The translations under genes were made by a program, and so were the position numbers. A stretch of DNA of 52,183 bases, from sequence record SRR2962707_1815. One strand, given 5' to 3'. The notes beneath the pieces are model-generated. The model was not told where the DNA came from, ran no database searches, and was given only the letters and a program-made list of their open reading frames with translations. Positions 20,093 through 31,585 of the stretch are shown one piece after another (position 1 is the stretch's first letter; the number at the start of each line of letters is the position of its first letter).

Positions 20093-21205
20093 TTACCTAT
20101 TTATTATTCTTGAAACAAAAAAGCAGCCATAAAGGCCGTTTTTATGCGTAAATACTTGGCCATCAAAAAGCTTTCTAGCGGTTCTCAGGATCGCGGCTGA
20201 GCCTATCTCGCCATCCTCTGACTTGTCTAAAATGACGGTCATAGAACCAATTGGATGCTCGACTTCTAACGACATATGTCCCGCTTGCGTGAACACCGCC
20301 ACTTCTTTAGCCGGCGATCCCTCAAGCACCGCCGCTGTTGCTACACTAACGGCCCCGAGCACACCTATAGAAGCATGGCATCGATGGGGAATAAAGGTTC
20401 GCGTCGAGATTGCTCCGCCTTTTGTCGGCGCACTGACCATGGTCATTTTAGGCACTGATTTTGACGTCACATCGCCCAGGTTCATCATAGGTCCAGCTTG
20501 CAAGCGGATCGATTCTAACTTCTCTCGCAATGCCTCATTCGCCTCTAAGGTTTCTCGGCTTTCTGTGCCACTAATGCCCATATCTTGTGCGCGCATCACC
20601 ACAACAGGCATGCCATTATCGATGCAGGTCACTTCAATGCCATCAATCACATCTACCGTGTTACCGGTTGGCAATAAGGCACCACAACTGGAGCCTGCCG
20701 TGTCCTTAAAAGTAATTGGTAATGCGGCGGAAAAACCTGGAACGCCGTCTATTCTCGCATCGCCTTCGTATTGCACTTCTCCGTCTTTAACCAAGACACG
20801 AGCCACTGCAATTTGTCCGGTATTTTGCATAAAAATACGCACAGGAACTTCGCCATCATGATCACCACCAAGCAAACCTCGCTCGATCGAAAAAGGCCCA
20901 ACACCGGCGAGAATATTGCCACAGTTCTGGGCATCACTGACGATAGCCTGATCAACGAAGACCTGTAAAAACAAATAGTCTACGTCCGCATCATCACGCT
21001 CTGATTTTTTGATCAAGGCGACTTTCGACGCCAATGGGTCGGCGCCACCAATGCCATCTATCTGACGATCATCTGGTGACCCCATCACGCGCAACAGCAA
21101 CGCATCCCGAGCCGTCTCATCAGACGGTAAATCGGACGCCAAAAAGTAGGCCCCTTTCGAGGTGCCACCGCGCATCCACATGCATGACACGCCTTGATTA
21201 GACAT
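20093..21205 (-). CDS. ligU: 4-oxalomesaconate tautomerase (PrpF family; LigU/GalD)
   Basis: [36 protein letters not shown] and [10 protein letters not shown] motifs. Confidence 0.9.
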   Translation of the reverse strand: MSNQGVSCMWMRGGTSKGAYFLASDLPSDETARDALLLRVMGSPDDRQIDGIGGADPLASKVALIKKSERDDADVDYLFLQVFVDQAIVSDAQNCGNILAGVGPFSIERGLLGGDHDGEVPVRIFMQNTGQIAVARVLVKDGEVQYEGDARIDGVPGFSAALPITFKDTAGSSCGALLPTGNTVDVIDGIEVTCIDNGMPVVVMRAQDMGISGTESRETLEANEALREKLESIRLQAGPMMNLGDVTSKSVPKMTMVSAPTKGGAISTRTFIPHRCHASIGVLGAVSVATAAVLEGSPAKEVAVFTQAGHMSLEVEHPIGSMTVILDKSEDGEIGSAAILRTARKLFDGQVFTHKNGLYGCFFVSRIINR

Positions 21206-21875
21206 ATTTCAAACCCTTCGCCTCTAAGCGAGGACGCATTTCATAGATATCCAATCCTAATTCGCCATTCGCCATTCGCAGGCGTTTTGCTTCTTCATTC
21301 GCCATGCGAGCGCGGGCTAATTCAAGCACTTCGGCCGCGTTCTCACGACGCACCACCACCACACCGTCATCATCGGCAACGACAACGTCGCCAGCGTTGA
21401 CAATTTGCTCAGCACAGACAATTTGCACATTGACCGAGCCAACTGTTTCTTTAATCGTGCCTTCTGAGAAAACCGCCTTTGACCACACAGGAAAGTTCAT
21501 CTGACGCAGATCTCGTGTATCACGAACGCCGCCTTCTATGATCAAACCCACTACGCCACGAGACTGTGCAGACGTCGCCAATAAGTCACCAAAAAAGCCG
21601 TGATTTGAAGGGGATGTCGGGGCAAAAACCATCACATCTCCCGCTTGGCATTGCTCGATCGCAACATGCATCATCCAATTGTCTCCGGCTGCACCAGAAA
21701 TGGTGACGGCCGAACCCGCGATGGTTTTATCCATTTGAATAGGACGCATATAATGCGCTAATAACCCAACTCGACCTTGTGCTTCATGGACGGTCGCTAC
21801 GCCGCATTCTGCCAAGCCATCGATGACGGATTGTTCTGCGCGTTGAATATGTTGAACCACTTTATTTTCTCTCAT
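21198..21875 (-). CDS. ligK: 4-carboxy-4-hydroxy-2-oxoadipate aldolase / oxaloacetate decarboxylase
   Basis: [32 protein letters not shown] and LGLDIYEMR motifs. Confidence 0.93.
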   Translation of the reverse strand: MRENKVVQHIQRAEQSVIDGLAECGVATVHEAQGRVGLLAHYMRPIQMDKTIAGSAVTISGAAGDNWMMHVAIEQCQAGDVMVFAPTSPSNHGFFGDLLATSAQSRGVVGLIIEGGVRDTRDLRQMNFPVWSKAVFSEGTIKETVGSVNVQIVCAEQIVNAGDVVVADDDGVVVVRRENAAEVLELARARMANEEAKRLRMANGELGLDIYEMRPRLEAKGLKYV

Positions 21876-21885
21876 GATAATCCCC

Positions 21886-22893
21886 TTATGCTTTCAAGCG
21901 GCTAAAGACACGACGGGCATTGCCCTCAAAAATATCTTGCTTCTGCGCAGCGCTCAACACTGTGTTGTTGTCGATATAACGCTTGGTGTCGTCGAAGTAA
22001 TGTCCTGATTCTGGGTCAATACCACGAACAGCCCCAATCATCTCAGAGGCGAATAAAATGTTCTTCGTAGGGATAATATCCAATAACAGATCAATGCCAC
22101 GCTGGTGATAAACGCAGGTATCAAAGTAGATGTTATTCAACACGCGCTCGGCAAGGTCGAAGCCCTGATCTTGTGCCAAGCCGCGAAAACGTCCCCAGTG
22201 GTAAGGTACCGCGCCGCCGCCATGAGGAATGATCACCTTAAGCTCTGGAAAGTCTTTAAACACATCTGACATCATAAGTTGCTGGAACCCCGTGGTATCG
22301 GCCCCTAAATAATGCGACCCCGTGGTGTGGAAACAATCATTGCACGCCGCACTGACATGGATCATCGCGGGAATGTCGTATTCGCACATTTTTTCGTAAA
22401 TCGGGTAAAAAGAACGATCCCCTAGTGACGCATCCTGCCAATGACCGCCGCTCGGATCTGGGTTTAAGTTGATGCCAATGAACCCCATTTGCTCAACAGT
22501 ACGCACAATTTCAGCCACAGATTTTGCAGGATCAACACCTGGTGATTGAGGCAGCTGAGCAACAGGCGCAAAGTTTTCAGGGAAAAGATCGCACACCCGG
22601 CGGATAAGGTCGTTTTGATGTTCCGTCCAATATTGGCTGGTGTGCTCGTTGCCAATGTGATGCCCCATCCAGCTTGCACGAGGAGAGAAAATGGTTAAAT
22701 CCGTGCCGCGCTCATGCTGTAAGCGAAGCTGGTTATTCACAATACTTTCTCGGATCTCATCATCAGAAACAATGACTTTCCCTTTTTCCCCAACGAAGGA
22801 AGGGTCTTTAGCAACCTGCTCTTTTTGCTTATCTCGGTATTCACCTACCCCTGGCGGGGTCGTCGTGTAATGACCATGGCAATCTATAATCAT
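21886..22893 (-). CDS. ligJ: 4-oxalomesaconate hydratase
   Basis: [42 protein letters not shown] and [12 protein letters not shown] motifs. Confidence 0.93.
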   Translation of the reverse strand: MIIDCHGHYTTTPPGVGEYRDKQKEQVAKDPSFVGEKGKVIVSDDEIRESIVNNQLRLQHERGTDLTIFSPRASWMGHHIGNEHTSQYWTEHQNDLIRRVCDLFPENFAPVAQLPQSPGVDPAKSVAEIVRTVEQMGFIGINLNPDPSGGHWQDASLGDRSFYPIYEKMCEYDIPAMIHVSAACNDCFHTTGSHYLGADTTGFQQLMMSDVFKDFPELKVIIPHGGGAVPYHWGRFRGLAQDQGFDLAERVLNNIYFDTCVYHQRGIDLLLDIIPTKNILFASEMIGAVRGIDPESGHYFDDTKRYIDNNTVLSAAQKQDIFEGNARRVFSRLKA

Positions 22894-23050
22894 GCTACTT
22901 TTCTCTGTCTTGTTTTAAGGTAAATAACACCCGCAAAAAGCACATTCCGAAAAGTGGAATACAACCACAACGTCTATGCTGCAAGTGAAAAACGATCCCT
23001 GAGTATTGATTTCTACCCGCTCTTTGACCAGTTCAATTTAACTTAAAAGA

Positions 23051-23068
23051 TATTGAGTTTTGATATAG
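23051..23068. promoter_or_regulatory. Candidate LigR-type operator, copy 2 (TATTGAGTTTTGATATAG)
   Basis: 15/18 identical to 6172-6189; upstream of the ligJ operon. Confidence 0.55.
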
Positions 23069-23373
23069 ATAGGTTTTTGACTTCTGATGAAATGCTGCTT
23101 TTGTGTTTTATCAGAAAGCCTTTGAAGGCAATAACAAGGCAGGAAGAAAAGACTGTAATAAATTGATTTAATTGAGTTTTATAAGAAGTGATATACACAG
23201 AGCCAAGCAATGCTGTTTTCTTTGTGGTGATAACTAAGAAGAAACACGATCTGACTGACACATCTGAAGCATTCACTTTTTATGGAGCGAACAATTCATC
23301 TCATTTTAATACACTTAACTCAATACCGACTATGCTGGCGTAGAACGCTCTCGATAATGCTGTATTTAGCCAC

Positions 23374-23405
23374 AAAAAAAGCCGCTTTGAGTGAAGCGGC
23401 TTTTT
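23374..23405 (-). terminator. Intrinsic terminator of the peroxiredoxin gene (bidirectional shape)
   Basis: AAAAAAAGCCGCTT...AAGCGGCTTTTT. Confidence 0.8.
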
Positions 23406-23424
23406 AGCGTAGTGGTGTTCTGCT

Positions 23425-23904
23425 TTAGATTTGTGTTAGTACGTATTCGGCAGAACTAACCTTATATTCACCAGGCTCATCAAGCCAAAGCTTTTGTACA
23501 ATACCGTGATCAACCAGCATAGCGTAACGTAAGCTTCGAATGCCCATCTTAGCCGCTGAGATATCCAACTCTAAGCCAAGCGAATGGGTGAATTCAGCCA
23601 AGCCATCGGCTGCCATAACAAGGTTCTCAGCATTGTTAGCTTCGCCCCAAGCATTCATCACAAAAACATCATTAACAGACAAACACACGATCTCATCAAT
23701 GCCTTTTTCTTTAAACGCATCAAAATGAACCACATATCCAGGAAGATGACTTGCGCTACAAGTTGGACTAAAAGCACCAGGTACTGCAAACATCAGCACC
23801 TTTTTTCCTGAGAAAAACTCGGTCACATCAACACTTTCAGGGCCTTCAATACCCATAACTTGAAACTGACCATTAGGCAACATATCCCCAATTTGAACAG
23901 CCAT
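23425..23904 (-). CDS. Peroxiredoxin, Prx5 type
   Basis: VPGAFSPTCSASHLPGY, SVNDVFVMNAW and RSLRYAMLV motifs. Confidence 0.93.
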   Translation of the reverse strand: MAVQIGDMLPNGQFQVMGIEGPESVDVTEFFSGKKVLMFAVPGAFSPTCSASHLPGYVVHFDAFKEKGIDEIVCLSVNDVFVMNAWGEANNAENLVMAADGLAEFTHSLGLELDISAAKMGIRSLRYAMLVDHGIVQKLWLDEPGEYKVSSAEYVLTQI

Positions 23905-23987
23905 AGATACTCTCCATAAAATAATAATGAGCGCATATTACAGGAAAAACGCATCAAATCGGATAAACCCCGTTAAAATGCAATTTA

Positions 23988-25964
23988 TTACACGGTTTTG
24001 AATTGTGTTAACAACTGCTTCTGGTGCGTCGCCAACGCAGAAAGTCGGCTGCTGTCCTGCTCACTTTGATCGGCTCCGTGAGTGGCTTGATCCGACATTT
24101 CAGAAATTTCATGAATGCTTTTACTGATGTCTTGTGCCACCAGCGATTGTTGCTCAGCCGCCGTAGCGATTTGCGTACTTAAATCTCGAATCTCCGTCAT
24201 GCCCGCTTGCAGTTCATTGATAGAGACACCAACCGCTCGGGTGTTTTCAACGCTTGAATAAGCCCCATTGCGGCTTTCTTCCATGCTAGACACCGTTTTT
24301 TTCACGCTGTGTTGTAACTGGTTAATCACATTCTGAATTTCTTCCGTAGAGCTATGGGTACGAGTGGCAAGCGTTCGTACTTCATCTGCCACAACTGCAA
24401 ACCCACGTCCATGTTCACCGGCTCGTGCCGCCTCAATCGCTGCATTCAATGCCAATAAATTAGTCTGTTCAGCGATTTCTTGGATCACTTCCAGAATACG
24501 ACCAATATTTTGTGAGTATTCATCAAGTTGATTCACCACGCCAGTAGACTGCTCAAGCTGACTGGCGAGCAATTCCACCTCTTCAATATTACGGCTCATT
24601 TGCTCACGGCTGTCGTTCGCTCGTTGGTCGACGTGCTGAATTTGGCTCAAGGTTATTTCAGAGTTCTTAGCGACCTCCTGCACGGTGGCGGCCATTTCCG
24701 TCATCGCAGTGGCCACACTCGAGGTTTGCTCGTTTTGAGCTCGCATCAGCACCTTGGTATCGCCCGCTAAGCGAACATTATTTTGCGCCGACTCGGCAAC
24801 ATCGTTCGATGCGTTATCGATTTCTAACATGACTTGCTGCAGTTTAATGACTAAATCATTCACCCAGCGAGACAAATCACCAAATTCATCTTTCGTTTTT
24901 ACTTTACTGCGCTGAGTAAAATCCCCTTCTGAGATTTTGCCCAAAACCGCCATCACCTCATTCAATGGGTTGCGAATACTGCGACTCACCCACACAGTAA
25001 TGGCAACGGCGATAAGGATGGATATAAGCAAAACAACGCCCATCATCACAGTCGACACAGAAGCGCTTTCTTTGGCCGCCATTTTCGCCTGATCGCGCAT
25101 TGAAGCGGTGCTGCTGAGTAAAGAGTTGGTGAGTGAATCCACTTTCTCCATGCTAGTAGAAAGCTGCTTGGCAATGACTTCTGCCTCTTGATTCAAACGG
25201 ATATAGTCATAATAATTATTAATGACACTGTCTTTCTTCTCTATTTCTGTGGTCAGTAACTCAATCGAGTCTTTAATGTCTGGGTTATCCAAATAACTTA
25301 ACTTGTCATCCAAGCCGGTAAAGGCCTTAGCCATGCTATCCATGATCGATTTCATGTCTTTTAAGTTACTGGAGTCGAAATAGTCGCCGATCGATACTTG
25401 TAGGCTTTCTAAACGAATGCGCACATAAGACGCGGCAAACTTAGCGGCTTGCGAATCGCTATCTTCAGCAATGGCCTTGAGGTCATCAATGGTGTAGGAA
25501 AGGTCATCTTTAAGATCGAATTTTTTATCTGGAATTTGGTTTCGTAGATTCAGCATGTGCTCATGATTAGCAAACGCGACTTGTGTGTTTTTATAGAAGG
25601 CTTGAAGCTGAACTTGCATGTTTGCTAGCAAATCTGCCATTTCAGGGTGCGAATTGACCTCTTGCTGCAACTCTGTTGAAAGACCATCAATGGCCTTTTT
25701 ATGCTGTTCAAACGATTTTTTCAAACCGACTAATGAAGCCGGCGATTTGCTTAATAAATACTGCAACACTGTCGCATTCGCGAGAGACAGATCATGCCCT
25801 AATTCATTACTTTGTGCGGTAATCTTGGCGACATTTCCTGTTATATCATCAAGATTATCCTCAATTTGTTTAATTCCAGTAAAACCCGAGGCGGCAATCA
25901 CCAGCAACAACAATAACAGGACACCAAAACCCAATAGGATTCTTTGGATGACAGACAGTGACAT
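23988..25964 (-). CDS. Transmembrane methyl-accepting chemotaxis protein with a large helical periplasmic domain
   Basis: Two TM segments, HAMP (DEFGDL) and MCP signalling core. Confidence 0.93.
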   Translation of the reverse strand: MSLSVIQRILLGFGVLLLLLLVIAASGFTGIKQIEDNLDDITGNVAKITAQSNELGHDLSLANATVLQYLLSKSPASLVGLKKSFEQHKKAIDGLSTELQQEVNSHPEMADLLANMQVQLQAFYKNTQVAFANHEHMLNLRNQIPDKKFDLKDDLSYTIDDLKAIAEDSDSQAAKFAASYVRIRLESLQVSIGDYFDSSNLKDMKSIMDSMAKAFTGLDDKLSYLDNPDIKDSIELLTTEIEKKDSVINNYYDYIRLNQEAEVIAKQLSTSMEKVDSLTNSLLSSTASMRDQAKMAAKESASVSTVMMGVVLLISILIAVAITVWVSRSIRNPLNEVMAVLGKISEGDFTQRSKVKTKDEFGDLSRWVNDLVIKLQQVMLEIDNASNDVAESAQNNVRLAGDTKVLMRAQNEQTSSVATAMTEMAATVQEVAKNSEITLSQIQHVDQRANDSREQMSRNIEEVELLASQLEQSTGVVNQLDEYSQNIGRILEVIQEIAEQTNLLALNAAIEAARAGEHGRGFAVVADEVRTLATRTHSSTEEIQNVINQLQHSVKKTVSSMEESRNGAYSSVENTRAVGVSINELQAGMTEIRDLSTQIATAAEQQSLVAQDISKSIHEISEMSDQATHGADQSEQDSSRLSALATHQKQLLTQFKTV

Positions 25965-26185
25965 AACTAACCTCTAGCAATGGAATTGATCTTCATATTA
26001 CGTGCATAAATCACACCATATATTGGCAGAAAACTGACCTGATAGACAAATGATATCCCATGAAACTTTTGCTTCAGCCCCATAAACCAAGAAATCATGC
26101 TCTCAACCAAGAATGAAGCCATAGGTTTCCCGAAAAGGATCTGCTAAATTCAATTCATAACGACTAACGAGTATCAGCAACCGCT

Positions 26186-27637
26186 ATGGATCAACCTCTC
26201 TACGAACAAGTCGCAACGCAGATCGAAAAACAAATTATCGAAGGGACTTTTTTGCCCAACGCCCGCATCCCTTCTCTTCGAAAGTCGAGTAAGCAATTCA
26301 ACGTCAGCATTGCCACTGTGATGCAAGCTTTTAGCTTATTGGAAGATCGCGGTTTAATTAAAGCTCGGCCCCAAAAAGGCTACTTTGTTCAGAGTAACCA
26401 ACCAACCGCAGAAACGGCGCACATTGCCCCTAAAAAGTACGATGGCCACATGCACCTACTGCTTAACCAGTTATTGCATGCCTCCCAAGATAAAAATATC
26501 GCCCCTTTTGGCGCCGCCATTCCACACAGTGACTTTTTGCCTCTCAAACAATTGCAACGCTCTGTGGTTCGGCTTATGCGGGCAGAGCCCGAGATTTGTT
26601 CAACCTATGAATTTACGCCGGGGTCACTGGATCTACGACGACAAATAGCCATTCGTATGCTCGATACTGGGTGCCGCCTTCAAACGGATGACATCACCAT
26701 CACCCTAGGTTGTCAAAATGCCATCATGCTGGCGCTTCAAGCCACCACCCAACCTGGCGATACCATCGCAATAGAAAGCCCCGCTTATCACGGCGTGTTA
26801 CAAGCCATCGAAGTATTGCACTTAAAGGCCATTGAAATCCCTTGCTCTGAAACTCTTGGTATCAACCTCCAGCAACTTGAGCACGCGGCACAGCAATGGA
26901 AAATAAAAGCCTGCATTGTCACACCAAACAATCAAAACCCAACCGGAGCGACACTCTCTAGGCAAGCCAGAGCCGACTTATTGCGCATAGTGAATCAATA
27001 CGATATCGCGCTCATCGAAGACGATGTTTATGGCGAATTGGGGTATCAAGACAAACGAGAAAACGCCTTAAAAGCCAATGACACAGCAGGTCGAGTTATT
27101 TATTGCAGTTCTTTTTCGAAAAGCATCGCACCTGGGTTTAGGGTCGGCTGGATAGTTGGTGGGCGTTATCAAGATAAAATAGAACATTATGCTTATGTGC
27201 AGTCGCTGGCGATTCCAACCGTGACACAAATTGCGATTGCCCACTTTCTGGAGCATGGCGCTTATGACCGCCATTTGCGCAAAACAAGGCAAATTTATCA
27301 AACCAATTTGATCCGCTGTCAAAACCTTGTGCTGGAGGCTTTCCCTAAAGGGACGAAAGTGTCCCAGCCTACTGGGGGATTTTTACTTTGGGTCACGCTC
27401 CCAGACACAGTCGATGCAATGCAACTTTATCAAGAGGCGCTGGCGCAGAAAATTGGCCTATTGCCCGGCCTTGCTTTTAGCCTTTCCAACCAATTTGCCC
27501 ACCATTTAAGGCTCAATTATGCCGTTTTATGGGATGAAAAAAATCTTCAGGCCTTATTGGAATTGGGAAGCTTGGTTCATAGTCTAGAAAATGACGTGCT
27601 GACTGATAACGACATTTATCAGCACTCTCCGACATAA
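26186..27637 (+). CDS. MocR/GabR-family regulator (GntR HTH plus PLP aminotransferase-like domain)
   Basis: LYEQVA, IPSLR, IEDDVYGEL and SSFSKSIAPGFRVGW (PLP lysine) motifs. Confidence 0.93.
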   Translation: MDQPLYEQVATQIEKQIIEGTFLPNARIPSLRKSSKQFNVSIATVMQAFSLLEDRGLIKARPQKGYFVQSNQPTAETAHIAPKKYDGHMHLLLNQLLHASQDKNIAPFGAAIPHSDFLPLKQLQRSVVRLMRAEPEICSTYEFTPGSLDLRRQIAIRMLDTGCRLQTDDITITLGCQNAIMLALQATTQPGDTIAIESPAYHGVLQAIEVLHLKAIEIPCSETLGINLQQLEHAAQQWKIKACIVTPNNQNPTGATLSRQARADLLRIVNQYDIALIEDDVYGELGYQDKRENALKANDTAGRVIYCSSFSKSIAPGFRVGWIVGGRYQDKIEHYAYVQSLAIPTVTQIAIAHFLEHGAYDRHLRKTRQIYQTNLIRCQNLVLEAFPKGTKVSQPTGGFLLWVTLPDTVDAMQLYQEALAQKIGLLPGLAFSLSNQFAHHLRLNYAVLWDEKNLQALLELGSLVHSLENDVLTDNDIYQHSPT

Positions 27638-27820
27638 TTTTTCAAAAATACATGATTTATAACGCATTTTAAGTGGCGAACTGATAAAAAATGGATTACT
27701 TCTTAATAGTGTCTGATTAGGGACTTTTTTCTTATAAGCTGAAGTTATGAATGTCTATTTTGCTATCTTAAAATTCGTCTGTACAGCCCGAACAGAAAGC
27801 GTACAATTCGCATTCTTTTT

Positions 27821-27847
27821 TAAACACTCTGCCTTTGTGGCCGATAA
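27821..27847 (+). promoter_or_regulatory. Sigma28 (FliA) promoter
   Basis: TAAA (27821-24), 15 nt spacer, GCCGATAA (27840-47): exact consensus. Confidence 0.85.
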
Positions 27848-27878
27848 CTTTAATACTTGAATTAGCTGGCTTGTTGCG

Positions 27879-28289
27879 ATGGAATTTGTTTCACATCCGA
27901 AAGACCTTCCTTTAGAGATTACTCTCATAGAGGATCAACCTTTTCCCACTTCTAAGAGGGAAGATGTCGGGTTCGCCGGAATTACATGTTTTGCTGCCCA
28001 ACACTTTGAAAGTGGACGCTCTGTAAGAATTACATTAGAAGAAATCGACCCTAACTTTTGTGTTACGGGCCGTGTCGTCTGGTGTGACAACGAAAGAGGC
28101 GAATACAAGGTAGCAATAGAATTCCCAATCAAAGACGAGTGTTATTGTGTGCGAATGGTTGAGCAGCTGTCTCAAATTGAGCATTATCGCCGCCAAGCGA
28201 AGACACAAGGCCGTCGCCTTAACTACAACGAAGCTGCGGCTGAATGGATCCAGAAATTTGCCGCTTCATTCCCCGCATTTATCATTTAA
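27879..28289 (+). CDS. PilZ-like domain protein
   Basis: HP.DLPLE, DVGFAGI, GRVVWC and RMVEQLSQIEHYR...EAAAEWI pattern of stand-alone PilZ-family proteins. Confidence 0.75.
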   Translation: MEFVSHPKDLPLEITLIEDQPFPTSKREDVGFAGITCFAAQHFESGRSVRITLEEIDPNFCVTGRVVWCDNERGEYKVAIEFPIKDECYCVRMVEQLSQIEHYRRQAKTQGRRLNYNEAAAEWIQKFAASFPAFII

Positions 28290-28298
28290 AAGACCTCT

Positions 28299-28814
28299 AT
28301 GACCCAATCTCTTTCTCAACGTGATATCGATATTATCACTAGCCAGCTTGGCCGTACGCCAAGCGGCATTAGCGCCATTGCTCATTACTCCCCAAACCGC
28401 GTTCCACAAGTACTCGAAATGGAAACTTGGGTGTTTAATCAACCCTTCCCAACCTTGTACTGGCTCTCTAGTAAAGCCATTGATAAAGCGCTTGCTAAAA
28501 TCGAAAGCCAAGGCGTGGTAAAAGAGCTAGAACAGCGCATTAAAGACGACGCAGCATTGCGCGAAGCGCATCACAATTCACATCGTGATTATATTGCTCG
28601 ACGTTGGACTGCGATGAGTGACGAGCACAAAGCCATTATTGAAGAAAAAGGCTTTAAACCGTTATTTGAAGAGCTCGGTATTGGTGGTATCAAAAACTGG
28701 GATCAAGTTCGTTGCTTACACATGCAATACGCCCATCACCTAGCAGGCGATAATGTCATTGGTCGCATTCTGGATGAAGAATACGACATACGAAGCATCG
28801 CCGACGCAGAATAA
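28299..28814 (+). CDS. DUF501 family protein
   Basis: QLGRTP, PFPTLYWL, LES.G-like and GIGG...VRCLH..AH.LA motifs. Confidence 0.8.
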   Translation: MTQSLSQRDIDIITSQLGRTPSGISAIAHYSPNRVPQVLEMETWVFNQPFPTLYWLSSKAIDKALAKIESQGVVKELEQRIKDDAALREAHHNSHRDYIARRWTAMSDEHKAIIEEKGFKPLFEELGIGGIKNWDQVRCLHMQYAHHLAGDNVIGRILDEEYDIRSIADAE

Positions 28815-28865
28815 ACGCCGTCAAAACAAGCGCCATAAAACACGCTCTCGCTTGGCATAGACAAT

Positions 28866-28908
28866 AAAAAACCAGACTAAGTGTGAAAGCTTGAGTCTGG
28901 TTTTTTTT
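28866..28908. terminator. Bidirectional terminator (DUF501 / glpK)
   Basis: AAAAAACCAGACT...AGTCTGGTTTTTTTT. Confidence 0.8.
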
Positions 28909-28936
28909 CGTTTTTGCTCACGCGATGATAAGCCCT

Positions 28937-30427
28937 TTATTCTTCAGGGCGTGTACGGACGCGATTGACGGCTTCTTGCCAGCCTGCGTATAGTTTTTCG
29001 CCCGTTCCCTGCTCCATACTAGGTTCAAAGCGTTTTTCGGCTTGCCATAAATCCGTAATTGCCTCTAACGAAGAATAAATCCCCACCTGCAGACCGGCTA
29101 AATAGGCCGCGCCTAATGCCGTGGTTTCGGTGATTTTTGGACGCTCTACTTCTACTTCCAATAGGTCACTTAAAAACTGCACCATGACATCGTTAATCAC
29201 CATGCCACCATCGATGCGCAACGAGCGAAACGTTGCACCATCTTGCGCCATGGCCCCAACCAAATCTTTTGTTTGGTAACACACGGATCGCAATCCAGCA
29301 CTGACGATGTCCGCCACACTGGTATCACGCGTCAAGCCGATCATAGCGCCCCTGGCATCCGGGTCCCAATAGGGTGCCCCCAAGCCAGTAAACGCTGGCA
29401 CTAAATACACTGAATCACCATTAAGTGCTTGTTGCGCCAAGCTTTGTGTTTCTTTTGCGTCTTTAAATAGATTTAAACCATCTCGCAACCATTGAATCGC
29501 AGCACCGGCCACAAAGATACTGCCTTCTAGCGCGTATGTGACCTTGCCGTTTAAGCGATAACCCACGGTGGTGAGCAGTTTGTTTTCTGAGCGTAATGGT
29601 TTATCGCCGGTGTTCAAAATAAGAAAACAGCCGGTTCCATAGGTGCTTTTCACCATGCCAGGTTTAAAGCATGCTTGGCCTATTAAAGCCGCTTGCTGAT
29701 CTCCCGCCATGCCATTTACAGGAATACTGGCACCCAGCCACTCTTCATCGATCTCGCCAAAATCCGCGCTGCAATCCATCACTTCTGGTAAGAGCACATT
29801 CTCAATACCAAGGGCTTTAATCAATTCCTGATCCCACTCCTGCGTATGAATATTAAACGCCATGGTGCGAGCCGCATTGGTTGCATCCGTTTTATGGGAT
29901 TGGCCTTTGGTTAGGCGCCATAATAAGAAACTGTCGACTGTTCCGAAGGCAAGCTTGTGTTGTTCCGCTTTGTCTTTTGCCCCTTCGACGTTGTCTAATA
30001 TCCAACGAATTTTGGTCGCAGAAAAATAAGGGTCTATGAGCAATCCCGTTTTATTCTGAACGCTTTCGCTCAGCCCTTGTTGATGCAGCATTTGACAGAA
30101 TTCACTGGTTCGTCGATCTTGCCATACAATGGCGTTATAAACAGCTTCTCCGGTTTCAATATCCCAGAGAATGGTGGTTTCTCGTTGGTTGGTAATACCG
30201 ATACTGGCTACCGATTTTGCATCGATACCTGTATCCTTGAGAACAGAACGACAGACGCTTAAAGTGGATGTCCATATATCTTCAGGATCATGCTCCACCC
30301 AACCATCATGAGGGAAATGCTGCGCAAACTCTTGTTGTGATTGACCTACTCGCTGCCCTAATTCATCAAATAGAATTGCACGAGAACTGGTGGTGCCTTG
30401 ATCAATCGCAAGAATATATTTTTTCAT
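28937..30427 (-). CDS. glpK: Glycerol kinase
   Basis: [39 protein letters not shown] and GLGAPYWD motifs. Confidence 0.97.
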   Translation of the reverse strand: MKKYILAIDQGTTSSRAILFDELGQRVGQSQQEFAQHFPHDGWVEHDPEDIWTSTLSVCRSVLKDTGIDAKSVASIGITNQRETTILWDIETGEAVYNAIVWQDRRTSEFCQMLHQQGLSESVQNKTGLLIDPYFSATKIRWILDNVEGAKDKAEQHKLAFGTVDSFLLWRLTKGQSHKTDATNAARTMAFNIHTQEWDQELIKALGIENVLLPEVMDCSADFGEIDEEWLGASIPVNGMAGDQQAALIGQACFKPGMVKSTYGTGCFLILNTGDKPLRSENKLLTTVGYRLNGKVTYALEGSIFVAGAAIQWLRDGLNLFKDAKETQSLAQQALNGDSVYLVPAFTGLGAPYWDPDARGAMIGLTRDTSVADIVSAGLRSVCYQTKDLVGAMAQDGATFRSLRIDGGMVINDVMVQFLSDLLEVEVERPKITETTALGAAYLAGLQVGIYSSLEAITDLWQAEKRFEPSMEQGTGEKLYAGWQEAVNRVRTRPEE

Positions 30428-30496
30428 AGGAAAGGCTCTTTTAGGTCACTGTCATCCGGCATAAAAATCGCGCCTGAGACTTTTTATTTTTTTTAT

Positions 30497-30516
30497 TTTG
30501 AACAAAAATGTTCAAA
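30497..30516. promoter_or_regulatory. Putative GlpR operator between glpK and glpR
   Basis: Palindrome TTTGAACA-AAAA-TGTTCAAA containing the ATGTTC half-site known from GlpR operators. Confidence 0.65.
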
Positions 30517-30591
30517 TGTGAATATCGGCTATTAAAAACCAATCTAGGCTTCTTTAGCAAGCAGTAAACTTTTTTAGGAGAATGAATCAAC

Positions 30592-31365
30592 ATGGGCCAA
30601 CAAACTCGCCAAGAGAAAATCGTCGCCATTGCTAAAGAAAAAGGGTATGTGACGATCGATGAATTGGCCAGCAAATTTTCCGTCACACCACAAACCATTC
30701 GCCGTGATATCAATGCCCTTGCTGAAGCAGAACAAATTCGTCGCCACCATGGCGGTGCAAGCTACGATTCCAGTACCACCAACGTGGCTTATGCCACTCG
30801 GCAAATTATGCAGCTCTCAGCCAAAGAACAAATTGCTAAGAAAATTGCGGCAGAGATTCCTAACCACGCATCTTTATTTATCAATATCGGTACCACCACA
30901 GAAACCGTAGCCCGCGCTTTACTCAACCATCAAGGGCTGCAGGTCATTACGAACAATTTAAATGTCGCGACCATTCTTAGTGGCAAAGAAGATTTTACCG
31001 TGATTATCGCTGGCGGCACAGTGCGCTCGCGGGATGGCGGGGTAATGGGTGAAGCCACAATTGATTTTATTAATCAGTTCCGCGTGGATTACGGCATTAT
31101 TGGTATCAGTGGCATTGACCCTCATGACGGCTCACTGCTGGACTATGATTACCAAGAAGTGCGTGTCGCACAAAGCATTATCGCCAACTCTCGCAACGTT
31201 TTCTTAGCCGCTGACAGCGTTAAGTTTGGTCGCAATGCGGTTGTCCGACTCGGTAACATTACCCAAGTCGATCGTCTATTCACTGAAGAACAACCACCAA
31301 AACCGATTCTTACATTGATGAAAGAGCATCAAGTTCGTTTGGAACTTTGCGCCTCCACCTCCTAA
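30592..31365 (+). CDS. glpR: Glycerol-3-phosphate regulon repressor (DeoR family)
   Basis: [27 protein letters not shown] and LLDYDYQEV motifs; flanked by glpK and glpD. Confidence 0.95.
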   Translation: MGQQTRQEKIVAIAKEKGYVTIDELASKFSVTPQTIRRDINALAEAEQIRRHHGGASYDSSTTNVAYATRQIMQLSAKEQIAKKIAAEIPNHASLFINIGTTTETVARALLNHQGLQVITNNLNVATILSGKEDFTVIIAGGTVRSRDGGVMGEATIDFINQFRVDYGIIGISGIDPHDGSLLDYDYQEVRVAQSIIANSRNVFLAADSVKFGRNAVVRLGNITQVDRLFTEEQPPKPILTLMKEHQVRLELCASTS

Positions 31366-31517
31366 TATCGACCTTTCTGCAACATACCATTATGGCGAAA
31401 AGCGACTATCTTAGAAAAAGAGGTCGCTTACGCTCTATACCGCTCAGTGTCTTTTCCTTAAATACTCCATAGAAAATTCCATTCGGAACTTGCCAGCGAC
31501 CAGTTCAAGGTCTACTA

Positions 31518-31564
31518 TCGAACATAAATATTCGTTTTCGAACAAAAATGAACATTACTATTCG
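31518..31564. promoter_or_regulatory. Tandem putative GlpR operators upstream of glpD
   Basis: Repeated (C)GAACA and (A)TTCG half-sites: TCGAACATAAATATTCGTTTTCGAACAAAAATGAACATTACTATTCG. Confidence 0.65.
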
Positions 31565-31585
31565 GGATTCTCAACGAGGCAGGGC

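Noticed and set aside
31490-31585. N-terminal extensions in the ORF track for glpD (also arsR 2546, recN 43746, tctB 291)
   Set aside because: The glpD, arsR and recN extensions run through operator/promoter DNA; family-typical N-termini or RBS position point to downstream ATGs.
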